Shown here: one piece after another, positions 20,088 to 30,327 of the stretch | Layout: the number at the start of each line of letters is the position of its first letter | Numbering within the stretch: the first letter of the stretch is position 1 | Assembly: GCA_965216295.1 (NCBI GenBank) | Contig: OZ244141.1 | Span: 78,163-142,162, forward strand | Reading direction: 5' to 3' | DNA from: Minisyncoccota bacterium | GTDB taxonomy: Bacteria > Patescibacteriota > Minisyncoccia > Phycocordibacterales > JABAAK01 | DNA length: 64,000 bases | The notes under the pieces: model-generated | The model's database searches: none | Seen by the model: the letters and a program-made list of their open reading frames with translations, nothing else | What the model was told of the DNA's origin: nothing | Program-made: the position numbers and the translations under genes

Positions 20088-20161
20088 TGAGCGATGCAGG
20101 GCTCGAACCTGCGACCTTCTGGGTGTAAACCAGACGCTCTAGCCAACTGAGCTAATCGCCC
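20088..20161 (-). tRNA. tRNA-Val (anticodon TAC)
   Basis: Cloverleaf: GGGCGATTAGCTCAGTTGG...anticodon loop ttTACac...GGTTCGAGCCC. Confidence 0.8.
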
Positions 20162-20203
20162 CTTACTATATAGTATATAGAATTATCAATTTGTATACCA
20201 CTA

Positions 20204-21265
20204 TTACCTTGCCCCACCAGCTCCTCGACGGTGTGCAGCGATGGGGTATCCCGTCTTTATCTTTCTTTTCTTGAATTCCTCAAGTATCAACGTCAGTATC
20301 TTTCCTTGCAGTGTTTTGTACACAGAATAATCCGGTGTTGTGATATAGAACGTCGCTTCAAACAAGATTGCGTACTCATCAAGCTTTTCTAGATAGACAC
20401 GACGTATGCGTGTGTGCTCACACTGCTTAACAATATCTGTCAGTATTGTAGGGATTTCTTTAAGTACCGCACTACTTGTTTCATATGAAACTGGAACGAC
20501 GATAGTGTTTCTGCGTTCTTGCAGACGATCTTCATTGATAACTTCTGTTGTTACCATATCCTGGTTAGGTATGATCAGCTCCTCACCAGTTGAGAGACGA
20601 ATGTGTGTTGTTTTTAATCCAATACGGCTAATGGTACCCGAATTTCCCTTGATGGTAATAAAATCACCAACAGAAAACGGTTTATCAAAAAAGATAACAA
20701 AGGCACTAAAAAGATCGGCGAGTATTTTTTGAAAAGCAAAGGCAAAGGCAAGACCACCAATACCAAGCCCTGCGATAAGAGGGGTAACTTCAACTTCCAG
20801 ATTTGCCAATAAGATAATAATGATAATGACCCACAAACATATCTTAACGAGTGTCCTGAGCACTGGTAGTGCCAATGCCAGTCCAGCACGCCTATCTTTC
20901 AACTTGGTAATCCACGAATCAATAAAAAAGTCAACAATGATTGAGAGTGCAATAACAATACGATAACCAACCCAAAGAATAAAGATGGTGGTGAATATAG
21001 AATCAACAGCGTTTGGAAGCGTTAGAATGAAATGTTGTGCCGAAAAGAATGCTATGAAAAGATAGAAACGGAGACCTAATGACTCAATGATTTGTAATAT
21101 TAATTCACCAATGTAGGTGTTCGTTTTTCTAATAATAATCGCACAACGTTTCAATAAAAAACGCTGAAAGATAAGAGCGGCAGCAAATAAAATGACTGTC
21201 GTGAGTAATGTGATGGCGTAGTCACCAAGTGTGTCGTTAAGAAATAACGTATCCCAAAATCCCAT
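20204..21265 (-). CDS. Small-conductance mechanosensitive channel (MscS family)
   Basis: Multiple N-terminal TMs followed by the MscS beta-domain (FSVGDFITIKGNSGTISRIGLKTTHIRLSTGEELIIPN). Confidence 0.8.
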   Translation of the reverse strand: MGFWDTLFLNDTLGDYAITLLTTVILFAAALIFQRFLLKRCAIIIRKTNTYIGELILQIIESLGLRFYLFIAFFSAQHFILTLPNAVDSIFTTIFILWVGYRIVIALSIIVDFFIDSWITKLKDRRAGLALALPVLRTLVKICLWVIIIIILLANLEVEVTPLIAGLGIGGLAFAFAFQKILADLFSAFVIFFDKPFSVGDFITIKGNSGTISRIGLKTTHIRLSTGEELIIPNQDMVTTEVINEDRLQERRNTIVVPVSYETSSAVLKEIPTILTDIVKQCEHTRIRRVYLEKLDEYAILFEATFYITTPDYSVYKTLQGKILTLILEEFKKRKIKTGYPIAAHRRGAGGAR

Positions 21266-21298
21266 ACGACCAGTATACCCACAAAGAAGAGGTGGGCA

Positions 21299-23488
21299 CT
21301 ATACCCACCGTGCAATAGCGAGGAGATCGGTTTGCTTGTTCGGCAATCGTTGCCAAATAGTTTCTGTAATAAAGGGAGCAAAGGGATGTAACAATTTCAA
21401 TATGTCCTGCAGTATCTCGTACAACATACGTGCTCGTGCCACTTGCTCTTCTTTGGTACCAGTAGCCAACACCATCTTACTCTCCTCTATAATCTGATCT
21501 GCAAACGTATGCCACACATACTCATACGCACTCTCTACCGCAAGATTATATTGAGATTTTTCTAAATAGCTCCCCACTTCCTTCTTTACTTTCTGTGCGT
21601 GTGCCACATACTCTTTTTCTTTTTTACTAAACGACACGTCTGAGCCAAAGACATCTCTCTCATCTACATGTTGCAATACAAACCGAGCTACGTTCCACAC
21701 CTTGTTCATAAAATGTTTCGCGTGCTTCACCTTATCCTCATAGAAACGAAAATCTGTCCCTGGTGTTACTGCGGTGAGCAAACTGAACCGTAGTGCATCG
21801 GCACCGTAGCGTTCAACAATCGTGACAGGATCTATGGTATTTCTCAAAGACTTAGAAAACTTCTTCCCTTCACCGTCTCGAACCAAACCATGTATATATA
21901 CCTCTCGAAAAGGAATCTCACCAAAACAGTACACACTCATAAGAATCATTCGTGCCATCCAGAGAAACAAAATTTCATACCCCATCTGTATCCAGCTGGT
22001 CGGATGATACTGTTTCATATCTTCAGTTTTTTCACCCATCACATCCGTCTGTCCAAGTGTTGAAAACGACCACGTTCCAGATGAAAACCAAGTATCAAGT
22101 GTATCTTCGTCCTGCACCCAACCGTCTCCATCTGGCGCAGAAACACCGCAATACACCTCCTCTTTTCGATACCACACAGGAATTCGATGACCCCACCAAA
22201 TCTGCCGAGAGATACACCAATCTCGCGGATTGTTTACCCACGCGGCATACACCTTCTTAAAATGATCTGGAAATATCTGTATGGTGTTGTCTTTTTGTAC
22301 GTTTGTCTGACTGATTGCTTCTCTCTGTAATTCATTTAATGACTTGTTGATGTGAGGAATTTTCTTAGTGACCGCCACGAACCACTGCTCTTTTATTTGT
22401 GGCTCTAATACTCCTCCCCCTCGCTCATTGGTTGCCAAGTTATTCTCATACTCCTCTTCAACACTTTCAAGTAATCCCTTTTTCTGTAGTTTTGCAACAA
22501 TTAGTGGTCGTGCTTTGGTGATGTGCATACCAGCAAACTCTCCGGCAATGTCGAGTAATTTTCCTTTCCAGTCAATAATCTGTGTCTTCTCCAATGTGTG
22601 TCGTTCTGCTATCTCAAAGTCGGTGACATCATGCCACGGTGTAATTGTCATGACACCAGTACCAAACTCAGGGTCCACCGCTTCGTCTTTGAGTATTGTT
22701 GCTTCCACCGGTCCATTAATCCACTCCACTGACAGTGTTTGTCCGTGTGTGTACATTGCATATCGTTTGTCGTCTGGATGCATCACGACATACTTGTCAG
22801 CAAATTTGGTCTCTGGTCGCACGGTACCGATAACAAAAGGACCATATTTGAGATAGTAGAATTTTGATTTCTCTGGTTTTCTTACAATCTCATCATCTGA
22901 TACTGTTGTTTGTAATGCAGGGTCCCAATTCACAATTCTATGCCCACGATAAATTAAACCATCGTCGTACATTTTCTTGAATACCGAACGAACTGTCTGT
23001 GAACGCTTTTCATCAAAGGTGTACGCTAATCGACTCCAGTCACAACTAACACCCATTGTTTGTATCTGTGTAATAATTGTTGCTTTCGCATTTTCTGCAT
23101 AAACACGTATTTTTTCAAGCAATGCTTCTCGTCCGTAATGTTCTCTTGGGTTTCGTATTTTCTCCTTCTCTGCGATATCTTTTTCCACCCGAACCTGTGT
23201 TGCCAATGCAGCATGATCTGTTCCTGGGATTAATAACACACGCTTGCCACACAAACGTTCATAGCGCGCCCGAGTATCTATTAATGCATGTTCTAAGGTA
23301 TGACCAAGGTGGAGTATCCCAGTCACGTTTGGTGGCGGCATAACAACAGTAAACACCTCCGCATCTTTTTTGATGTATCCTTTCTGTATACTAGTCTCTG
23401 GATGAAAGGCTCTTTCCTTTTCCCATAGTGTACACATGTCTTTTTCATGCTCACCTGGTTTGTATGGTGAGAGAAATACTGTATCCAT
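21299..23488 (-). CDS. valS: Valine--tRNA ligase (compact form)
   Basis: HIGH-type motif PPPNVTGILHLGH and KMSKS-type KFSKSLRN. ValS-like N-terminus (YKPGEHEKDM..W). The track ORF extends upstream to 23569; the likely start is Met at 23488. Confidence 0.85.
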   Translation of the reverse strand: MDTVFLSPYKPGEHEKDMCTLWEKERAFHPETSIQKGYIKKDAEVFTVVMPPPNVTGILHLGHTLEHALIDTRARYERLCGKRVLLIPGTDHAALATQVRVEKDIAEKEKIRNPREHYGREALLEKIRVYAENAKATIITQIQTMGVSCDWSRLAYTFDEKRSQTVRSVFKKMYDDGLIYRGHRIVNWDPALQTTVSDDEIVRKPEKSKFYYLKYGPFVIGTVRPETKFADKYVVMHPDDKRYAMYTHGQTLSVEWINGPVEATILKDEAVDPEFGTGVMTITPWHDVTDFEIAERHTLEKTQIIDWKGKLLDIAGEFAGMHITKARPLIVAKLQKKGLLESVEEEYENNLATNERGGGVLEPQIKEQWFVAVTKKIPHINKSLNELQREAISQTNVQKDNTIQIFPDHFKKVYAAWVNNPRDWCISRQIWWGHRIPVWYRKEEVYCGVSAPDGDGWVQDEDTLDTWFSSGTWSFSTLGQTDVMGEKTEDMKQYHPTSWIQMGYEILFLWMARMILMSVYCFGEIPFREVYIHGLVRDGEGKKFSKSLRNTIDPVTIVERYGADALRFSLLTAVTPGTDFRFYEDKVKHAKHFMNKVWNVARFVLQHVDERDVFGSDVSFSKKEKEYVAHAQKVKKEVGSYLEKSQYNLAVESAYEYVWHTFADQIIEESKMVLATGTKEEQVARARMLYEILQDILKLLHPFAPFITETIWQRLPNKQTDLLAIARWV

Positions 23489-23545
23489 AGAAACATAATA
23501 CAATAGGTGGTGATGTGCTTCAAATTGTGGTGATATGGGTATACT

Positions 23546-24037
23546 GTGTATGTGGAGAATAGTCAGCAAAAGAATGACGAGCGGGTATTACTTGCGTGGG
23601 ATTTTATAGAAGAGAAAAAACCTCGTTCACAAGATAAAGAAGTGCTCCTTGCGGTACTTGGTATTTCTGGTGTGATACTTGCCATTATTGCAAAAACATA
23701 CATCTTTGCGATGTTATTATTTATCGCTACAGGAACAGGACTCCTACTCAGTAGACAACTACCACGAAAAATGTCATTCTCCATTCGAGAACGTTCATTG
23801 ACCATTGGTGGTCGCGTACAATCGTTCTCAGAGATTTTTTCTTTCAATGTTATTGATGATCCTGGTGATAAAAGTCGTCTTATTCTCAAAGTAAAAAATA
23901 TACTTGATGGGACAATAGTTATACCGCTCTACGATCATGATTCAGATACGGTAAAAAGTCATCTGCGTTCTCGTGGTCTCCGAGAAGAATCAACATTACG
24001 ACCCTCATTGGTTGATATTATTGCTAGGCATTTTTAA
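23546..24037 (+). CDS. Hypothetical small membrane protein (2 TM)
   Basis: ORF with two hydrophobic helices then a soluble domain. Sits between valS and tRNA-Ser. Confidence 0.35.
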   Translation: MYVENSQQKNDERVLLAWDFIEEKKPRSQDKEVLLAVLGISGVILAIIAKTYIFAMLLFIATGTGLLLSRQLPRKMSFSIRERSLTIGGRVQSFSEIFSFNVIDDPGDKSRLILKVKNILDGTIVIPLYDHDSDTVKSHLRSRGLREESTLRPSLVDIIARHF

Positions 24038-24038
24038 A

Positions 24039-24132
24039 GGAAGGGTGGCAGAGTGGTTGAATGCACCGGTCTTGAAAACCGACAGGCGAGTTAAACCTCG
24101 TCTCGAGGGTTCGAATCCCTCCCCTTCCGCCA
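24039..24132 (+). tRNA. tRNA-Ser (anticodon TGA), long variable arm, CCA encoded
   Basis: GGAAGGGTGGCAGAGTGG...anticodon loop cuUGAaa...long variable arm...GGTTCGAATCC...GCCA. Confidence 0.8.
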
Positions 24133-24136
24133 AATA

Positions 24137-24799
24137 TTAATGATTGTACTTTATTCGTACTGTATTGTATATATACGAAATTATAAAAAATACAATCGCC
24201 GAAAGTGTCCAAAACAAAAACACTCTGGATAAATATTGTATTGAAGCATATTCGCCCAAATAAATCTGATCTTGAACTTCAGAAAAAGACACGTCACAGG
24301 GAAAAAGGACACAATTTATATTTAAAGAAGTTGGGGTAAAGAGATATGATAGTACTAATAAAAGGTGTCCGTATATCACTAGGGCAAACACAATACCCCG
24401 GTACAGTACAAATCCCAATTTGTACACAGCATAAAATAAAATTGGTATGAGTGTTGTATGGAGTACAACAGAAACTCCGAATACAAAGAAATTTTGGTCA
24501 GATTCAAAAAGCGCACCCGTTCTTCCGAGTCCTTCAACACCAACAAGTTGGTAGAAAAAATCAATAATCCAGAGTGCTTGAGCTGGTAATGCAGCAATAA
24601 GTGTTCCACTAACAATTATCTTATTGCGAAAAAGGATTCCGATTGCGCCTATAAATGAGGCAATGTTACAAAACCACAGCAATTCTACAAGACTATAGTC
24701 ATGGATGATGTGTAGTAGAATGTTGAGTAATGCAATACTCAACAAAAAAAGGGCTGCGATAGTAAGATATAAATATCTTCCGTGAAACAAACCGCTCAT
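24137..24799 (-). CDS. Polytopic membrane protein (hypothetical)
   Basis: About 6 predicted TM helices. No family recognised. Confidence 0.4.
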   Translation of the reverse strand: MSGLFHGRYLYLTIAALFLLSIALLNILLHIIHDYSLVELLWFCNIASFIGAIGILFRNKIIVSGTLIAALPAQALWIIDFFYQLVGVEGLGRTGALFESDQNFFVFGVSVVLHTTLIPILFYAVYKLGFVLYRGIVFALVIYGHLLLVLSYLFTPTSLNINCVLFPCDVSFSEVQDQIYLGEYASIQYLSRVFLFWTLSAIVFFIISYIYNTVRIKYNH

Positions 24800-24861
24800 A
24801 TAATAGGTTTATAAACAGATGTACTTAAAAGATTGTAGTTGTATTACTATTCATCGACCAC

Positions 24862-27306
24862 TTATTGTCTAACACATTTAATGCTGCTAGAGTTTTTTTC
24901 AAAAACCTCATTTGCCCAACACAATCTTTTACCAACAGGAGCTTCCAACCTCCCATCAACACCTCTTACCTGAACAGTGAGGAGGGGGTTTTTGTTATTA
25001 AAGTTGTCATCATCAGATTTTCCACAATTCCCCAATTCCCCCTTATTATTTTTTGTAATACTAATCTCATCAGAAGGGTTTAGATCAAGCTGGCAGCCGT
25101 CTATAAAGATTTTTTGAATCGGTTTATTTTTTGAATCTATCTTAATCACCCCATTCTTTAGAGTAATAGATATGGAAGACTGTCCGAGTCGTCGTTCAAG
25201 ATATACATCAGAAAGCACTTTGACAGAAACGCGTTTAGTTGCAAGTTCTTTAAACCCAGGATTTCCCTTCTTCACCTTTGTTTTTTTTACTCCCAAACTA
25301 CCATATTGTTGGCAAGAACCACTATCGACATCTATCAATTTTTTTTCTAGTGTTGGAGTGGATGCACTACACTTCCAGCAAGTGACTTTATATGTTTCAT
25401 CTTGAAGTGGTGTTGAAAAATGATATTCTTTTGTAATCTTGTTTTTTTCTGATGCTAGAGTATTTGAAGTAACAAAACGATCAAGCAGTCCGTTATCCTG
25501 CCCCCCTCTCTCTCTCGTAGTTTTGACTTCACAGAGTAATTCACCACCAACATAACACTCTTTTTTTTCTTCTCCAGAACTTGGTTTACACGGATGCGCT
25601 TCTGGTATTGTTGCGACGTCGATTATATCCGCTTTACGACGATAGTCACCATTAAACACTTCTACTGTAAAATCAAGATTATTGCTGCTATCTTCTATAT
25701 ACTCTTGGGTGAGCACGGTTGGTGATACTGAAAATTTGTGAATAGAAGCGGTTTGCACATTAATAGCACTTATAGGACCAACAAAGTCAGAACCAAATAA
25801 CTCATCATGACAAACAAGAGTTAGATATTCAATTGGACTATTAGCCACTGATATCTGAACATTCGTTTGCAGTTCTCCGCTTTTTTCTATAGCCTCTTTC
25901 GCTTTTATTAAATAACTTTTCTGTGCGTCCGTCAAGTCATCATTCTTGTTCCCCATTCCATCAGTTGCAATAACATCTCTGAAAACCCTACCATCTCCAC
26001 ACGTTGTGTTGGGTAGATTTACTCTTGTACCAACCCGTTTGGCTTCATAACTAAGAGCGCCAAAATTAGGGAGTTTTCTATCACCAATAGGAATAGCAAC
26101 CCCTCCAGGTTCTTCTTGTATTGATCTTGAATTATCACCGCATGTCGTTTGACCTCTTGAACCACATTGAATTTCTTGGCGATAATCTCTACAACCATAC
26201 CCTTTGTCTTCATTACCCCTACTATTATCAACCCCAAAACTCCAAAAACCAAGTGAGTCTTTTGTTTTTATAGAACGACCACAACCATACAATCCAAAAC
26301 TTATTTTCCCACCTTCAATAACAACCCTAGTACGAACACCAGCTCCCCCATTATCATCCTCTGATGGGTGATGGCCTGACCACCATTCAGAAGCATCAGC
26401 TCCACATGTACCACCCAATCTCCCACAGACTTTTGTTTGAAAATCATTTTTTGAAATTACCTTTTTCACACAATACTTATTATCTTTAAACCAAGAACCT
26501 TCTTCTTCATTACACTGACCACTATCATCTACTACGCTATATGGACTGAGTAGTATAATGTCAGCAAGTGTAGAAACATAAGCACAACCATACAATCTTA
26601 TGTTTTGCGTTTCCGCATGATCTTTCCCATCATCCTTATTGTCTGCTATACTATTTCCTCCTTCATTATAATAATTCTGACTGCTGTACAAATACGCCCC
26701 CTCATTCACAAGCAAGCGTGCATTTAATGGATGAAAATCAGCACTATTTTCACCCAAAAGGGTGGCACACCTCATCTTGATCTTATTAAACGCGTTTTCT
26801 ATTTTCCCCACTTCTCCTGGTGTTTTCACTTTTTCCTCTGCCCTTCTTTCTAACACTGCTGGTGCAAGGGAGGCGTCTGCCACTCTAAGGTCTCTCTTAA
26901 TCTCCCCTTTACGAGTTTCCCTAACAGCAGATTTGATTTCATCTTCTCCAAAAAAAATCGTATAAAATGGTAAAGATGTTTTTAAGTGACCCTCAATCCA
27001 CCTCTCCGCTGGAAGCCATTTATTTTTACCATCTACCTTTTTGTAACAATACCTCTGTTTGTATTTTAGATTACTCTTGTCAGGATTAGTGATGGCACCT
27101 GTGTTTGTATTAAAAAGTGTTCCTTGATGCACAGTACCACTCACCGTCCAAACATTACCAACATCACTTGTACATATTTTTCCACTCCCACTTTGTCCTT
27201 GTGCCTGCCCTGTTTGTATATAGGGGATGTAGTATACAGCCATCGCGAGCACAAAAATGACCATCAAACCAAAAATATAACGCACACTTATTAAATGTTT
27301 TCCCAT
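24862..27306 (-). CDS. Large (814 aa) secreted cysteine-rich protein, hypothetical
   Basis: N-terminal signal/TM (FGLMVIFVLAMAVYYIP). More than 40 Cys with many C..GxxxxC spacings. No catalytic motif recognised. Confidence 0.5.
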   Translation of the reverse strand: MGKHLISVRYIFGLMVIFVLAMAVYYIPYIQTGQAQGQSGSGKICTSDVGNVWTVSGTVHQGTLFNTNTGAITNPDKSNLKYKQRYCYKKVDGKNKWLPAERWIEGHLKTSLPFYTIFFGEDEIKSAVRETRKGEIKRDLRVADASLAPAVLERRAEEKVKTPGEVGKIENAFNKIKMRCATLLGENSADFHPLNARLLVNEGAYLYSSQNYYNEGGNSIADNKDDGKDHAETQNIRLYGCAYVSTLADIILLSPYSVVDDSGQCNEEEGSWFKDNKYCVKKVISKNDFQTKVCGRLGGTCGADASEWWSGHHPSEDDNGGAGVRTRVVIEGGKISFGLYGCGRSIKTKDSLGFWSFGVDNSRGNEDKGYGCRDYRQEIQCGSRGQTTCGDNSRSIQEEPGGVAIPIGDRKLPNFGALSYEAKRVGTRVNLPNTTCGDGRVFRDVIATDGMGNKNDDLTDAQKSYLIKAKEAIEKSGELQTNVQISVANSPIEYLTLVCHDELFGSDFVGPISAINVQTASIHKFSVSPTVLTQEYIEDSSNNLDFTVEVFNGDYRRKADIIDVATIPEAHPCKPSSGEEKKECYVGGELLCEVKTTRERGGQDNGLLDRFVTSNTLASEKNKITKEYHFSTPLQDETYKVTCWKCSASTPTLEKKLIDVDSGSCQQYGSLGVKKTKVKKGNPGFKELATKRVSVKVLSDVYLERRLGQSSISITLKNGVIKIDSKNKPIQKIFIDGCQLDLNPSDEISITKNNKGELGNCGKSDDDNFNNKNPLLTVQVRGVDGRLEAPVGKRLCWANEVFEKNSSSIKCVRQ

Positions 27307-27340
27307 TCTAATAGTAAGTGTAACACGATATTACAAATTG

Positions 27341-27412
27341 CCTCCCCAGTAGGAATCGAACCTACATTACGAGCTCCGCAAGCCCGCGTTCTATCCGTTA
27401 AACTATGGGGAG
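27341..27412 (-). tRNA. tRNA, anticodon apparently GCG (Arg) by my folding
   Basis: Acceptor ctcccca/tggggag, anticodon stem cgggc/gctcg with loop ttGCGga, T-arm GGTTCGATTCC. GCG is an unusual Arg anticodon for bacteria, so the assignment is uncertain. Confidence 0.55.
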
Positions 27413-27423
27413 TGTGGTGGTGT

Positions 27424-27687
27424 CTAGGATTGAATTGACTTGGCACCCTTCCGCATCAATTGAGCCTTTTTCCTCGACGCGGTATTCTTTTTAATAACAC
27501 CACTCTTTTCTGCCTTATCTATTGCTTTCTGAGCCGCTTTCACAGATTGCGACTTCCCACCAGCATCCATAGTACTATCATTTGTTGTCTTTATTGTCTG
27601 ACGCATTGTGCGTAGGCGACGCACGTTGTAGACATATCGACGCTTTGAAGCGCGAATTTCTTTCTTTGCAGAGCTAGTAATAGCCAT
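27424..27687 (-). CDS. rpsT: 30S ribosomal protein S20
   Basis: MAITSSAKKEIRASKRR...NVRR...RTMRQTIK is the S20 N-terminal signature. Confidence 0.8.
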   Translation of the reverse strand: MAITSSAKKEIRASKRRYVYNVRRLRTMRQTIKTTNDSTMDAGGKSQSVKAAQKAIDKAEKSGVIKKNTASRKKAQLMRKGAKSIQS

Positions 27688-27764
27688 ACACACACTGTAC
27701 ACACAACTGTCGTAATGAGCAATGATTCCCTATCCCACATAACCCTTTGACGGTATACTGGTGA

Positions 27765-28328
27765 GTGATGATTGGTCTTGTAACTGGTGTGCCAGAAGAT
27801 GCTGGAAAGGGTGTTCTCCTTATCCTCACCAAGGGAGGAGTGGGCTACCTAGTGAATGTTTCGAGGGGTGTGAAAGAAAAAACTCTCAAAGAAAAAGAGG
27901 TTGCGCTTCACACACACACCGTTTTGAACACTAGTGGTATATCGTTGTATGGATTTTGTGAAAAGATAGAGTACACAACCTTTCTTCTTCTGCTCTCTGT
28001 CTCTGGTATAGGACCAAAGGGTGCTTTAAATATTTTAGACACCACCACACCACAAAACCTACTTTCCAACATTGGTCGAGAAGATGTTACAGAGTTGGTT
28101 GCATTAGGGGTACCGAAACGACAAGCAGAACGAATGGTTGTTGAATTGAAAACAAAAATTAATGTGGAAGGTGGGGATGCAAGTGTTGCTGATGCGGTTG
28201 CTGCTTTGATTGCTTTAGGATATGATCGCCAAGAAATTGCTGAAACACTACGAACAACTTCTGTGAGTGATTTAGATACCAGCGAGCAGATAAAAAAAAT
28301 ACTGCGAGCGATGCAGACAAGCAGATAG
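27765..28328 (+). CDS. ruvA: Holliday junction branch-migration complex subunit RuvA
   Basis: MIGLVTG...; helix-hairpin-helix motif LLLSVSGIGPKGALNIL; C-terminal domain III. Confidence 0.85.
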   Translation: MMIGLVTGVPEDAGKGVLLILTKGGVGYLVNVSRGVKEKTLKEKEVALHTHTVLNTSGISLYGFCEKIEYTTFLLLLSVSGIGPKGALNILDTTTPQNLLSNIGREDVTELVALGVPKRQAERMVVELKTKINVEGGDASVADAVAALIALGYDRQEIAETLRTTSVSDLDTSEQIKKILRAMQTSR

Positions 28329-28358
28329 TGTGTTACAACTCACTCTTGCTATATACTG

Positions 28359-29444
28359 TTGGTAAGTATGAATAATGTCTACGGTCTCCTTCTCATCGCC
28401 GTTTTGGTTGGTGGTTCAGTCATTATATTCCAGGAGCAGATACGAGAATTTGAGATAGAGGTACGAACTCCCCCACCACTTATAGAACTTGGTAGTGGTG
28501 GAAAGCTCCGACCTGGTGCACCAAGGACTGCGAGTGTTGGTGGTGGTTCTACCTCATTAGGAAAAGGGGGCATAGGGTCAGGTTCTGGTTTTGACAGAAC
28601 TGACTTGTCGAGCAATTTACAATTCAGTGGGTCTGGTAGAATCGTCAGTGGGCCAACAGGAAATATTGATGGAGTCAAAATTGGTGAAGTATTGCACACC
28701 ATCAATCGTGGTATCAACACCGCTCAAGCTCGTGGTTTTGTCCAAAATATAACTGAACAATGGCCGACTTCTCCTTTTGCTGGTTATATAGCATTTCTTG
28801 ATTCAACAAGAGGATTGGGGGTGACAGATCCTTCTCGTGAGTACTTTGCTCTCATCGCCTCTTCCCTTCTCAAGCAACCACTAACCATTTCTGGTTGGCA
28901 GGTTTTTGACTATCGGAGTAGAACGATACACACCATCCCTGACGCAATATTCATCCCTGGTTCAAGAGATAATCCAGAGTTGTCACCAATAACACTGCGC
29001 CCAGGAGATACAGTAATTGTTTCCTCAGATCGATCACCGACCGGCACCTCATTTCTAGTAAATAAGTGTACTGGTTTTCTCTCACAATTCAAAACATTTA
29101 CCCCATCTATAAAAACAACATGTGTTGATCCCAAGGAGGAATTGATACGTTTTAACAAAGTACCGTTTTCTGATGATTTGTGTTATGAAACTGTCGAACG
29201 ACTCTCTGCTTGTCGGGTGGTGACTGATTTGAGTCCGAGTTTGTCAAAAAACTGCAGAGAGTTATTGGGAGATATTATTACCGAAAAAGGTTGTGTTGCA
29301 GAGCATAGAAATGATGCTGATTTCTATACAAATGAATGGCGTATCTTTTTAAATTCTCGCGATACACTTTGGAGAACCGATGAGACGAATGCTCTCTATT
29401 TAGTTGATGGAGAGAATAGATTGGTTGCCACCTTTGTCTATTAA
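28359..29444 (+). CDS. Membrane-anchored Gly/Ser-rich extracytoplasmic hypothetical protein
   Basis: N-terminal TM (LLLIAVLVGGSVIIF), then a low-complexity Gly-rich region and a Cys-containing C-terminal domain. Confidence 0.4.
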   Translation: MVSMNNVYGLLLIAVLVGGSVIIFQEQIREFEIEVRTPPPLIELGSGGKLRPGAPRTASVGGGSTSLGKGGIGSGSGFDRTDLSSNLQFSGSGRIVSGPTGNIDGVKIGEVLHTINRGINTAQARGFVQNITEQWPTSPFAGYIAFLDSTRGLGVTDPSREYFALIASSLLKQPLTISGWQVFDYRSRTIHTIPDAIFIPGSRDNPELSPITLRPGDTVIVSSDRSPTGTSFLVNKCTGFLSQFKTFTPSIKTTCVDPKEELIRFNKVPFSDDLCYETVERLSACRVVTDLSPSLSKNCRELLGDIITEKGCVAEHRNDADFYTNEWRIFLNSRDTLWRTDETNALYLVDGENRLVATFVY

Positions 29445-29473
29445 TACAACCCTGGTATGATGCCGATGGTGAC

Positions 29474-29547
29474 CCGCCCATAGCTCAGTTCGGTAGAGCG
29501 GCGGCCTTTTAAGCCGACGGTCCCAGGTTCAAATCCTGGTGGGCGGA
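29474..29547 (+). tRNA. tRNA-Lys (anticodon TTT)
   Basis: ...TAGCTCAGTTCGGTAGAGC...anticodon loop CTTTTAA...GGTTCAAATCC. Confidence 0.8.
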
Positions 29548-29568
29548 CAAGTAAAACTTTCTATCTAT

Positions 29569-30312
29569 CTAAGCATGAGATAGTTCCTTTTTGATATATT
29601 CCATATCTGGTGTGTATGAGAGTATAAGGTACTCAATAGTATTGAGCTCTGGCATACGGTTAAGCCTCCCTTGGCGGATTTTCTCATCCATATAGCGCAA
29701 AAGAAGAAGTGGTGTGGTGGGATTGAGTTTTGTAAGAACTGTTTGTGCTTTTTTGAAAGGGTATGCCTTGACACCAGAATCTCTCACAGTACCACCCATC
29801 TGTACCGCATTAATCACACGAACTTGCCACAATAAAATAGCGAGGAGAGGTTCAACAGATTCTCCTTCAGCGAGTAATGTATGAAGTGCACGCAATGTTT
29901 TGTTTGGGTTGCCTTGTAAAAACAATTCTGCAAACCCAAATGCTTTTGAAGAACCCTGTGTGGTGGTTTTTATTTTATACGTTTTAATAATCGCTCCTCC
30001 TTTTTTAAGAAGATTAATCTCTTTTGTTCCCATAGTGGGATTAAAAACAATAAACATGTGTTGTGAGTCTGAATACCCTTTTGGATTTTCATACAACCCA
30101 CTACCAGCACCCGCGTCAACCTCGTTTAAAAAAACAATGAGTTTCCTTTCAAAGAGGCTTTGACTGTGGAGCAATTCTTTTATCGTATAAACCTCCTCAT
30201 TATCGGTGATACATATGTATTCCGCATTCGGTTGTTTTTCCTTACAAATAGCAACGACCTTGCGTACTGCCTCGCGCGCAGCAATCCGATCTCCAGTAAA
30301 CACATAGAGCAT
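29569..30312 (-). CDS. DNA polymerase III delta subunit-like (HolA family), short form
   Basis: N-terminal MLYVFTGDR...LFERKLIVF pattern and C-terminal helical domain (LHTLLAEGESVEPLLAILLWQVRVI) consistent with HolA. Confidence 0.5.
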   Translation of the reverse strand: MLYVFTGDRIAAREAVRKVVAICKEKQPNAEYICITDNEEVYTIKELLHSQSLFERKLIVFLNEVDAGAGSGLYENPKGYSDSQHMFIVFNPTMGTKEINLLKKGGAIIKTYKIKTTTQGSSKAFGFAELFLQGNPNKTLRALHTLLAEGESVEPLLAILLWQVRVINAVQMGGTVRDSGVKAYPFKKAQTVLTKLNPTTPLLLLRYMDEKIRQGRLNRMPELNTIEYLILSYTPDMEYIKKELSHA

Positions 30313-30327
30313 TACTCTATTGTACCT

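Noticed and set aside
23563-23889. 108-aa minus-strand ORF antisense to the small membrane protein gene 23546..24037
   Set aside because: It is fully antisense-overlapping, with no supporting features. The plus-strand ORF has a clearer hydrophobic-helix architecture.
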